The notes under the pieces were generated by a model. It did no database searches, was not told the DNA's origin, and saw only the letters and a program-made list of their open reading frames with translations. This document shows, in pieces, positions 9,345 to 17,694 of a DNA stretch of 64,000 nt (within the stretch, counting starts at the first letter, position 1; each line of letters opens with the position of its first letter). Where the stretch lies: positions 1,904,616-1,968,615 of the forward strand of contig OZ245843.1 in the NCBI GenBank assembly GCA_965228875.1, written 5' to 3'. The position numbers and the translations under genes were made by a program. Source of the stretch: Thalassobaculaceae bacterium. Lineage in GTDB: Bacteria; Pseudomonadota; Alphaproteobacteria; Thalassobaculales; Thalassobaculaceae.

Positions 9345-10868
9345 ATGAGCATCACGCTGGTTCCAGGCGAGGCGGTCCTCGAGACATTGGAGCGGATCTG
9401 GCGCAGCGACGCTCCCGTCTCGCTCGACGACTCAGCCCGGCCCGGTGTGGAGGCGGCAGCCAACCTCGTGCGCAGGGCGGCCTCCGAGGACACGGCGGTC
9501 TATGGGGTGAACACCGGGTTCGGAAAGCTCGCCTCGGTCAAGATCAGGCCGGAGGACACCGCCACCCTGCAGCGCAACCTGATCCTCAGCCACTGCTGCG
9601 GCGTCGGCTCCACGCTCGACCCGGCGACGACCCGGCTGATGATGGCGCTCAAGCTTCTGTCGCTCGGGCGCGGCGCCTCGGGCGTGCCGTGGAGCACCGT
9701 GCAGCTCATCCAGGACATGCTCGCAGCCGGCGTCCTGCCGGTGATCCCGGATCAGGGGTCGGTCGGCGCCTCAGGCGATCTCGCCCCCCTCGCCCACATG
9801 GCCGCGGCGATGATCGGCGAAGGCCGCGCCGTCCACCGCGATCAGGATCTCCCGGCAGCAGAGGCCCTGAGACGAGCCGGGCTGAAGCCGATCGTTCTCG
9901 GCCCCAAGGAAGGGCTGGCGCTGATCAACGGAACGCAGTTCTCCACCGCAAACGCGCTTGCCGCCCTGTTCGAGGCTTGGCGCAACGCCAGAGGCGCCGT
10001 CGTCTCGTCGGCCCTGTCGACCGATGCCATCATGGGCTCCACCGCGCCGCTGGTCGACGCCATCCACACGCTGCGCGGCCACCGCGGCCAGATCGACGTC
10101 GCCCGGGCGCAGGCTCATCTGATGGCCGGCAGCGAGATCCGCGAGAGCCATCGCGAGAACGATACCCGCGTCCAGGATCCCTACTGCATCCGTTGCCAGG
10201 CCCAGGTGACCGGCGCCGCCGTCGACCTGCTCCGCTTCGCCGGACACACGCTGCAGGTCGAAGCCAACGCGGTGACCGACAACCCGCTGGTTCTGGTCGC
10301 GGAGGAACTGATCGTCTCCGGCGGCAACTTCCATGCCGAGCCGGTCGGCTTCGCCGCCGACCAGATCGCGCTGGCTGTCGCCGAGATCGGCGCCATCGCT
10401 CAGCGCCGCGTGGCGCTGATGGTCGACCCGACACTCAGCTTCGACCTGCCGCCCTTCCTCACCCCCGATCCGGGGCTGAATTCCGGGCTGATGATCGCCG
10501 AGGTCACCACCGCCGCGCTGATGAGCGAGAACAAGCATCTCGCCAATCCCTGCACGACGGACTCGACCCCGACCTCCGCCAACCAGGAGGATCATGTGAG
10601 CATGGCGGCCCACGGGGCGCGGCGGCTGCGCAAGATGAACGCCAACCTCAACGTCATCCTCGGCGTCGAGCTCATGTGCGCCGCCCAGGGGATCGAGTTC
10701 CGCGCACCGCTGAAGACCAGCCCGGCCCTGCAGCGGGCCATGGAGCGGATCCGCGCCCGCGTCCCCGCCATCGCCGAGGACCGGATGCTGGCGCCCGACA
10801 TCGAGGCCGCCGCCGCCCTGATCGCCGACGGGGACCTGACCGGCGACGTGAACCTGTCCATCGCCTGA
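9345..10868 (+). CDS. hutH: Histidine ammonia-lyase
   Basis: [20 protein letters not shown] (ASG MIO motif), [18 protein letters not shown]. Confidence 0.97.
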   Translation: MSITLVPGEAVLETLERIWRSDAPVSLDDSARPGVEAAANLVRRAASEDTAVYGVNTGFGKLASVKIRPEDTATLQRNLILSHCCGVGSTLDPATTRLMMALKLLSLGRGASGVPWSTVQLIQDMLAAGVLPVIPDQGSVGASGDLAPLAHMAAAMIGEGRAVHRDQDLPAAEALRRAGLKPIVLGPKEGLALINGTQFSTANALAALFEAWRNARGAVVSSALSTDAIMGSTAPLVDAIHTLRGHRGQIDVARAQAHLMAGSEIRESHRENDTRVQDPYCIRCQAQVTGAAVDLLRFAGHTLQVEANAVTDNPLVLVAEELIVSGGNFHAEPVGFAADQIALAVAEIGAIAQRRVALMVDPTLSFDLPPFLTPDPGLNSGLMIAEVTTAALMSENKHLANPCTTDSTPTSANQEDHVSMAAHGARRLRKMNANLNVILGVELMCAAQGIEFRAPLKTSPALQRAMERIRARVPAIAEDRMLAPDIEAAAALIADGDLTGDVNLSIA

Positions 10869-10897
10869 CGCTCCAACCGACCGCCCGGAGGTGTGCC

Positions 10898-12565
10898 TTG
10901 ACCGACCAGCGCCACAACGCCCGCGACATCTATCCCGACACCGGCCCCGAGATCACCGCCAGGAGCTGGCTGACCGAGGCGCCGATGCGGATGCTGATGA
11001 ACAACCTGCATCCCGACGTGGCCGAGAACCCGCACGAGCTGGTGGTCTATGGCGGCATCGGCCGAGCGGCGCGGACGTGGGAGGATTTCGACCGCATCGT
11101 CGCCAGCCTGAAAAGCCTGGAGGACGACGAGACCCTGCTGGTGCAGTCGGGCAAGCCGGTCGGCGTCTTCCGCACTCACGCTGACGCGCCCCGCGTGCTG
11201 ATCGCCAACTCCAACATCGTGCCCCACTGGGCGAGCTGGGATCACTTCAACGAGCTCGATCGCAAGGGGCTCATGATGTACGGCCAGATGACGGCCGGAT
11301 CCTGGATCTACATCGGGTCCCAGGGGATCGTGCAGGGCACCTACGAGACCTTCGCCGAGGCCGGGCGCCAGCACTATGGCGGCGACCTGACCGGCAAGTG
11401 GATTCTGACCGCCGGGCTCGGTGGCATGGGCGGGGCGCAGCCTCTGGCCGCCGTCTTCGCCGGGGCCTGCTGCCTCGCGGTGGAATGCGACGAGACGCGC
11501 GCCGATTTCCGCCTGCGTACCCGCTATGTCGATGAAAAGACTCACTCGCTCGACGAGGCGCTGGCGATGATCGAGCGCTGGACCCAGGCCGGCGAGGCCA
11601 AGTCGGTCGCGCTGATCGGCAACGCCGCCGACGTCTTCCCCGAGCTGGTGAAGCGCGGGGTCAAGCCGGACATCGTCACCGACCAGACCAGCGCCCACGA
11701 CCCGGTCAACGGCTACCTGCCCAAGGGCTGGAGCGTTGCCGAATGGCGGTCCAAGCGCGAGACCGCCCCGAAAGAGGTTGAGAAGGCAGCCCGCGCCTCG
11801 ATGAAGGAACACGTCGCGGCGATGGTCGATTTCTGGAACGCCGGCGTGCCGACCCTCGACTATGGCAACAACATCCGCCAGGTGGCGCTGGAGGAAGGGC
11901 TGGAGAACGCCTTCGCCTTCCCCGGCTTCGTCCCGGCCTATATCCGCCCGCTGTTCTGCCGCGGCATCGGCCCGTTCCGTTGGTGCGCGCTGTCCGGCGA
12001 CCCGGAGGACATCTACCGGACCGACGCCAAGGTGAAGGAGTTGGTGGACGACCCGCACCTGCACCAGTGGCTCGACATGGCGCGGGAGCGGATCAGCTTC
12101 CAGGGTCTGCCGGCGCGGATCTGCTGGGTCGGCCTCGGCGTGCGCCACAAGCTCGGCCTCGCCTTCAACGAGATGGTGCGCTCCGGCGAGCTCAAGGCGC
12201 CGGTGGTGATCGGCCGCGACCACCTGGACAGCGGCTCGGTCGCCAGCCCGAACCGCGAGACCGAGGCGATGAAGGACGGCAGCGACGCGGTGTCGGACTG
12301 GCCGCTGCTGAACGCCCTGCTCAACACCGCCTCGGGCGCGACCTGGGTCAGCTTGCATCACGGCGGCGGGGTCGGCATCGGCTTCAGCCAGCATGCCGGC
12401 ATGGTGATCTGCTGCGACGGGACGGAAGCGGCGGACCGGCGGCTTGAGCGGGTGCTGTGGAACGATCCGGCGACCGGCGTGATGCGCCATGCCGATGCGG
12501 GCTACGAGATCGCCGTCGACTGCGCCCGGGAGCATCAGCTCAACCTGCCGGGGATCCTGGGATAG
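10898..12565 (+). CDS. hutU: Urocanate hydratase
   Basis: TTG start after [46 protein letters not shown]. Confidence 0.97.
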   Translation: MTDQRHNARDIYPDTGPEITARSWLTEAPMRMLMNNLHPDVAENPHELVVYGGIGRAARTWEDFDRIVASLKSLEDDETLLVQSGKPVGVFRTHADAPRVLIANSNIVPHWASWDHFNELDRKGLMMYGQMTAGSWIYIGSQGIVQGTYETFAEAGRQHYGGDLTGKWILTAGLGGMGGAQPLAAVFAGACCLAVECDETRADFRLRTRYVDEKTHSLDEALAMIERWTQAGEAKSVALIGNAADVFPELVKRGVKPDIVTDQTSAHDPVNGYLPKGWSVAEWRSKRETAPKEVEKAARASMKEHVAAMVDFWNAGVPTLDYGNNIRQVALEEGLENAFAFPGFVPAYIRPLFCRGIGPFRWCALSGDPEDIYRTDAKVKELVDDPHLHQWLDMARERISFQGLPARICWVGLGVRHKLGLAFNEMVRSGELKAPVVIGRDHLDSGSVASPNRETEAMKDGSDAVSDWPLLNALLNTASGATWVSLHHGGGVGIGFSQHAGMVICCDGTEAADRRLERVLWNDPATGVMRHADAGYEIAVDCAREHQLNLPGILG

Positions 12566-12573
12566 CCGGAGCC

Positions 12574-12627
12574 TCACTCCCCGACCTGGTGCCGGGGAGT
12601 GACAGAAGGAGGGGCGTGACAGAAGGA
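12574..12627. repeat. Hairpin plus 12-bp direct repeat between convergent hutU and hutC
   Basis: TCACTCCCCG...CGGGGAGTGA stem; GTGACAGAAGGA at 12599 and 12616. Confidence 0.55.
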
Positions 12628-12631
12628 ACGG

Positions 12632-13333
12632 TCAGCGCCGCTCCGACCTGAGCGAGAACAGCGCGCCCGGATGCAGCATCTCCACCCGGGTGATGGCGTT
12701 GGGCCCCAGCCGCGACACCCGCTCGAGCCTCAGCAGCGCCGTGCCCTCAGGAACCTCCAGCGCCGACGCCGCCCGCGCGTCGGCGGCGATCGCCGAAATC
12801 TCGTGGTCGACGCCCGAATAGGGCACCGTCTCCAGCAGCCACTGATTGGCGCTGACCGTCGAGAAGTCGACATCGAGCGCGCCCGGTACCTGGTCCAGAC
12901 TGATCCAGCGGATCTCGTGCTGGAACACGCGGCCATCCGCCCAGTGCCGGCACACGACGTTCAGCTGGCGTTCGGCGCGTCCGCAGCCAAGCGCATCAGC
13001 GACGGGGCCCGACGGCACCGCGTGGCGGCGGCTCAACAGTTCGTATCTATAGGAGAACCCGCGGCCCTCGATCTCCTCTCGGATCGAGGGGATGCGGATC
13101 AGCACGCCGCCGCCGTCGCGGTTCGCAACCAGGGTTCCGGCCCGGCGACGACGGACCACCAGCCCCTCATCCGCCAGTTCCCGCAGCGCGCGGTGCGCGG
13201 TCAGCCGCGAGCAGTTGAAGTCGGCGGCGAGCTGTTCCTCGCCGGGGACCTTCTCGCCGGCGAGCAGCTCACCGGACTCGATGCGCGCCCGGAGCGCGTC
13301 CTTCACAACCTGATAGATCGGCGCATCGGCCAC
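12632..13333 (-). CDS. hutC: HutC-type GntR/UTRA transcriptional repressor
   Basis: PIYQVVK..I.SG, PGEEQLA..F.CSRLTAHRAL HTH plus a UTRA domain; next to hutHU; GTG start at 13333. Confidence 0.85.
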   Translation of the reverse strand: MADAPIYQVVKDALRARIESGELLAGEKVPGEEQLAADFNCSRLTAHRALRELADEGLVVRRRRAGTLVANRDGGGVLIRIPSIREEIEGRGFSYRYELLSRRHAVPSGPVADALGCGRAERQLNVVCRHWADGRVFQHEIRWISLDQVPGALDVDFSTVSANQWLLETVPYSGVDHEISAIAADARAASALEVPEGTALLRLERVSRLGPNAITRVEMLHPGALFSLRSERR

Positions 13334-13339
13334 GGCATA

Positions 13340-13349
13340 TGTCTTTACA
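13340..13349. promoter_or_regulatory. Degenerate HutC box, probably autoregulatory
   Basis: TGTCTTTACA, 8/10 match to the hutH operator, immediately upstream of the hutC start. Confidence 0.55.
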
Positions 13350-13477
13350 AATCGTTCCCAGCACCCTGTATAGGCGGACGCGTCCGGCGGCGCAAAGCCA
13401 CTCCGGCAACCCGCCCCGTGCACGGGACTGGTCCGCGGGATGGGACGGATCCGGACACGCTTGGAGGCCGAGACCGG

Positions 13478-14275
13478 ATGCGGCGCGTCTTTCACATCTC
13501 GCACACCACGGCCTACACCTTCGACCGGATGGTGTCCGGCCTCGATGTCGTGGCCCGACTACGGCCGCCCCGCCTGGGTGCCCAGGACCCCGTCCACACG
13601 CAGATCATCGTCTCCCCCGATACCGACGGACGACGGCAGGACGACACCGACCGGCTCGCCATCTCCGGCCCGCTGGACCGGCTGACCGTGACGGCTCAGT
13701 CGACGGTTGCCCACGACCCGGAGCGACCGGGCACGCAGCCGCCACCGCCCGGCGAAGGCGAGCCGGCGGCGGAGGAGCAGGCCGGTCACCCGCTGATCGT
13801 CGCCTGGTCGCGCGAGACGCTACCCGACACGGTGCCGACCCCGGACGACATCCGCCGGTTCGTCGACCGTCTTCGTCGGGATTTCATCTTCGATGCTGCG
13901 GCGACGACGCGGACGTCATCCCTGCTTGAATTCTTCACCGGCTGCCGCGGCGTGTGCGAGGACTTCGCTCGCCTTACGATTGCCTGCCTGCGGGCGCGAG
14001 GGGTTCCGGTTCGCCATGTCGTCGGCTACCTGCTGCCGCACCCGGATCAGGACGCGACCTTCGGGCGCCACGCCCATGCCTGGGTTTCGGTCTGGTATCC
14101 CGGCACCGGCTGGATTGATGTCGACCCGACCACCGGCCTCGCCGTGCCCGAGCACCACGTCACCCTGGTCCGTGGCTACGACCGCGACGACACCCTGCCC
14201 GTATCGGGTCGTCTCGCCCATGGGGAGAGCGCGGGGCAACGGGTCGCCGTCGATGTGTCCATCGTCAGTGCGTGA
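13478..14275 (+). CDS. Transglutaminase-like (papain-fold) protein
   Basis: N-terminal ISHTTAYTF; catalytic triad motifs GVCEDFA, HAWV, WIDVDPT. Confidence 0.85.
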   Translation: MRRVFHISHTTAYTFDRMVSGLDVVARLRPPRLGAQDPVHTQIIVSPDTDGRRQDDTDRLAISGPLDRLTVTAQSTVAHDPERPGTQPPPPGEGEPAAEEQAGHPLIVAWSRETLPDTVPTPDDIRRFVDRLRRDFIFDAAATTRTSSLLEFFTGCRGVCEDFARLTIACLRARGVPVRHVVGYLLPHPDQDATFGRHAHAWVSVWYPGTGWIDVDPTTGLAVPEHHVTLVRGYDRDDTLPVSGRLAHGESAGQRVAVDVSIVSA

Positions 14276-14356
14276 CGTCGAGAGGAGAACCGGCGACACT
14301 GTGCCTGGTGGAGAACGGAGGGACGGCGCTTAAGCGGGGCGGCCTGGAGCGGGTGT

Positions 14357-16894
14357 ATGGCGAACGAACTGATCGAGACACTGGCCCTGACGGTCGATGG
14401 CATGGCGGACGATACGTTCCGCCCGTTTCGGGTATCCGGTGTCGACGAAATCTCGCAGCTCTTTCGTTTCGAGATCGACGTCGTGTCCGACGACCCGAGC
14501 CTGGACGACACCCTGATCTTCGGGCGCACCGCGACCCTGGAGATGGGCCGCCAGGACAGGTCGGCGACGATCTACGGACAGATCACGTCGTTCCAGCAGG
14601 GGATCGCGACGGAGCGCGGACAGTTCGTCTACAAGGCAGTCCTGATGCCCCGTCTGCAGCGGCTGGCGATGAGCCGGCAGAACCAGATCCACGGCACCTC
14701 GACGGACGTGTCGGTCGTCGACGTGATCCGCGACGAACTGACGGGCGACGGCCTGAAGGGTCCCGGAAGCGCGATCGCCGGCCGCCTGACCGCGACGGAC
14801 TTCGAACTGCGCCTGAACCGGAGCTACCCGGTACGCGACTACATCGTGCAGTACGACGAGACGGATCTGAACTTCATCTGCCGGCTGGCCGAGAGCCAGG
14901 GCATCTTCTTCTTCTTCGACCATTCCTCCGGCAAGGACGTGATCGTCTTCGGCGACAACCGGGTCGCCTTCACCCCGCCGGCCGCCAACGAGACCCTGAC
15001 GTACAGACGGACCGGCGGCCTGGTCGAGTTCGGCGAGGAGGTGGTGCGCGACTTCACGCGGGTCGCCCGGCCGCTTCCGGCGCGCATGGTCCTGCGGGAC
15101 TACAACTACCGTCTGCCCCATGTCTCGCTGACGGCCGAGGCGCCGATCGACCCGAACGGCCATGGCGTCATCGTCGAGTATGGCGACCACTTCCGCACGC
15201 CCGAGGAAGGGGCTCAACTGGCGCGCATCCGGGCAGAGGAGATCAAGGCCCAGGGCGTGGTCTTCCAGGGTGTGAGCGACTGCATCGGTCTCTCGGCGGG
15301 CGATCTGTTCCAACTGGCCGACCATTTCCGCGACGACTTCAACGCGCGCTACGTCATCACCCGGATCACGCATACCGCCACGATGCCGGTCGAGGGTCTG
15401 TCGGACCTCGACGGCGGCGCGCGGGAGGCCAGCTACTCGAACGCCTTCGAGTGCATCCCCAATTCGGTCGAATACCGGCCGCCGCGCCGCACCCCGAAAC
15501 CGGTCATGGCGGGCCTGTCGAACGCGACCGTCGATGCCGAGGGAACCGGCAACCGGGCGGAGATCGACACCCAGGGTCGCTACAAGGTGCGCCAGAGCTT
15601 CGACCTGCGCGGAGAGGCGGACGGCAAGGCCTCGCTCTATGTCCGCAAGGCCGAACCCTACGGCGGTGCCGATTCCGGCATGCACCTGCCGCTGCTGAAG
15701 AACACCGAGGTGATCCTGGCCTGCGTCAACGGCGATCCGAACCGGCCGATCATCGTCGGTGCGGTCCCCAACGCCCGCAACCGCAGCGTCGTCACCCAGA
15801 AGGAGCAGACCTCCAACCGCATCCGCACGACCTCGGGCATCGTGCTGCAGATGGACGACGGGACGGGATCCGCGACGGGCAGCGGCGGCACGGCCGGTTC
15901 CGGCGCCGTCCTCGCGCCGCAGACGATCCTGGAGGGGCCGCCGGCGGCCGAGGGAAACGGCGACCTGACGGCGGCGCGGGCGCACGACTCGGGGTCGACG
16001 TCCAACGACACCCGCCTGTTCATGACCGTGACCGGCGGCAGCGAGAGCTATTATTCGGACGACAACTATCTGCGCTTCGGCGCCAGCCGGGATTCGGGAG
16101 AGTCGTCCTATGTCGCCGACTTCACCAGCGTGTCCGACGGCTTCCTGCTCTATACGCCGAGCGACTGGAACTCGCTGATAAGGGGATCGTGCTATACGCG
16201 GGTGAACGGCGACCTGCGCGCCGCCGGCAATACAGTCAATCACGTGGCCGAGACCTCCATGGGCCTCGCCGCGCAGTCCCTGGGCATCAGCGTATCCTCG
16301 GCGTCGCCCGACGTGAGTACGGCCGCCGGCTCGTCAGCCGACGCCGGCCAGTTGTCCATCACGACCGACGCCAACATGAACGAGTCAATCGGCGGCGACC
16401 TCAACCAGACGGTCGCCGGCAACGTGAACCAGGATATTCTCGGCGACAACAGCAGTTCCACCGGCGGGTCGACCTGGGAGATCACCACGGGCAACTCCCA
16501 GGAAGTCTACATGGGCAACCAGGTCAGCGTGACCCTCGGCGCCTCCGAGGAGATCACCCTGTCCAATGCCATCGGCGTGACGGTCGGCTCGACCATCGAT
16601 CTGGCGCTCGCCCTGGTCGTGGATCTCAGCATAGGCCTTCGCATCACCTACGAGGGGTCGATCAACGTCCTGGTGAACGACGGCGGCAAGGTCGGCCTCA
16701 AACTGTCCTACGAGGCCGAATACAGCGTCCTTGGCGCCACCGCGACCGAGGTGGAAGCGGAGGCCAAGACCGTCGAGGCGTCCTCCAAGACGGTGGAAGC
16801 ATCGACATCGACCGTCACCGCCAAGGCACCGTCGGTCGAGGCGAAGACCCAGTCGGTGTCGGCCGAAGTACCCGGAATCAAGGTCACGCTGTAG
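14357..16894 (+). CDS. vgrG: T6SS spike protein VgrG with extended C-terminus
   Basis: EISQLFRFEI, QYDETDLNFICRLAESQGIFFFF, LRDYNYRLP, IDTQGRYKV, GDPNRPII; gp5-like beta repeats at the C-terminus. Confidence 0.95.
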   Translation: MANELIETLALTVDGMADDTFRPFRVSGVDEISQLFRFEIDVVSDDPSLDDTLIFGRTATLEMGRQDRSATIYGQITSFQQGIATERGQFVYKAVLMPRLQRLAMSRQNQIHGTSTDVSVVDVIRDELTGDGLKGPGSAIAGRLTATDFELRLNRSYPVRDYIVQYDETDLNFICRLAESQGIFFFFDHSSGKDVIVFGDNRVAFTPPAANETLTYRRTGGLVEFGEEVVRDFTRVARPLPARMVLRDYNYRLPHVSLTAEAPIDPNGHGVIVEYGDHFRTPEEGAQLARIRAEEIKAQGVVFQGVSDCIGLSAGDLFQLADHFRDDFNARYVITRITHTATMPVEGLSDLDGGAREASYSNAFECIPNSVEYRPPRRTPKPVMAGLSNATVDAEGTGNRAEIDTQGRYKVRQSFDLRGEADGKASLYVRKAEPYGGADSGMHLPLLKNTEVILACVNGDPNRPIIVGAVPNARNRSVVTQKEQTSNRIRTTSGIVLQMDDGTGSATGSGGTAGSGAVLAPQTILEGPPAAEGNGDLTAARAHDSGSTSNDTRLFMTVTGGSESYYSDDNYLRFGASRDSGESSYVADFTSVSDGFLLYTPSDWNSLIRGSCYTRVNGDLRAAGNTVNHVAETSMGLAAQSLGISVSSASPDVSTAAGSSADAGQLSITTDANMNESIGGDLNQTVAGNVNQDILGDNSSSTGGSTWEITTGNSQEVYMGNQVSVTLGASEEITLSNAIGVTVGSTIDLALALVVDLSIGLRITYEGSINVLVNDGGKVGLKLSYEAEYSVLGATATEVEAEAKTVEASSKTVEASTSTVTAKAPSVEAKTQSVSAEVPGIKVTL

Positions 16895-17057
16895 GACCGC
16901 CCCGGTATACCGCCCCGACATGCCGCCCCATGCGATCGACCGCCTTGGGCCGGGCGGACCATCCAGGCAGCGCCTTGCCACCCTGGCGGCGCCTTGAAAG
17001 TGGCGGCCTAAGAGAGGAAACTCGGCGTACGCGGCCGAAAACCGGCATGGGATCTGG

Positions 17058-17693
17058 ATGACGATGACGCGACGCCGCCCGCAACCGACCGTGACACTGG
17101 TCGCCGCCGATGCGCCGCCGCCCTCGCCGGCGCTGCTCACGGCGACCGTCGCCGCGGTGACCGAGGACTCCCTGTTCCTGCGACTGGACGACGGACGCGC
17201 CGAACCGGGCTGGCGCACCGCCGGATGCCTGCTCGAGCCGAGCGACGGGGACCTCGTGCTCTGCACGGAAATCGACGGGGCGATCGCTGTTCTGACCGTC
17301 CTACGCCGCGCCGGAGGCGGCGAGGCCGCGGTCTCCGTCCCCGGCGCCGCCAGCATGGCCCTCACCCAGGACGTCCTCGCGGTACGCACCGGCGAGCTTG
17401 AGGTCGACGCGGCCAGCGTGACCGTGCGCTCGGCCTCCTCCCGCCTGCTCGGCAAGGCCGTCACCGTGATCGCCGACGGTCTGGAAACGGTCGCCAATAC
17501 CCTGCGGCGGGTCGTCCAGCAGGATATAAGCTCGGCGGTGGACAGCGTGCGCGTGGTCGAGAACACAGACACGCTGAAGGCGAGACACCTCACCTACGAG
17601 GCCGGTCAGACCATGGCATTGCGCTCCCACGTCACGGTGATCGACGCCAGCGGCGACGTCCGCGTCAACGGCGAGCGGATCAGTCTAGGCTGA
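17058..17693 (+). CDS. DUF3540 family T6SS accessory protein (TagC-like)
   Basis: AGCLLEPSDGDLVL and terminal VRVNGERISLG motifs; directly follows vgrG. Confidence 0.8.
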   Translation: MTMTRRRPQPTVTLVAADAPPPSPALLTATVAAVTEDSLFLRLDDGRAEPGWRTAGCLLEPSDGDLVLCTEIDGAIAVLTVLRRAGGGEAAVSVPGAASMALTQDVLAVRTGELEVDAASVTVRSASSRLLGKAVTVIADGLETVANTLRRVVQQDISSAVDSVRVVENTDTLKARHLTYEAGQTMALRSHVTVIDASGDVRVNGERISLG

Positions 17694-17694
17694 C

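Noticed and set aside
9272..12565. 1097-aa ORF suggesting a large HutU fusion
   Set aside because: The N-terminal half is an alternative frame over hutH; hutU has its own RBS and TTG start at 10898
16895..17057. Short CCGCCCC and GCGCCTTG repeats after vgrG
   Set aside because: Too short and GC-rich to distinguish from chance
14272..17061. 929-aa Arg-rich ORF overlapping vgrG
   Set aside because: Off-frame shadow of vgrG; composition reflects GC3 bias
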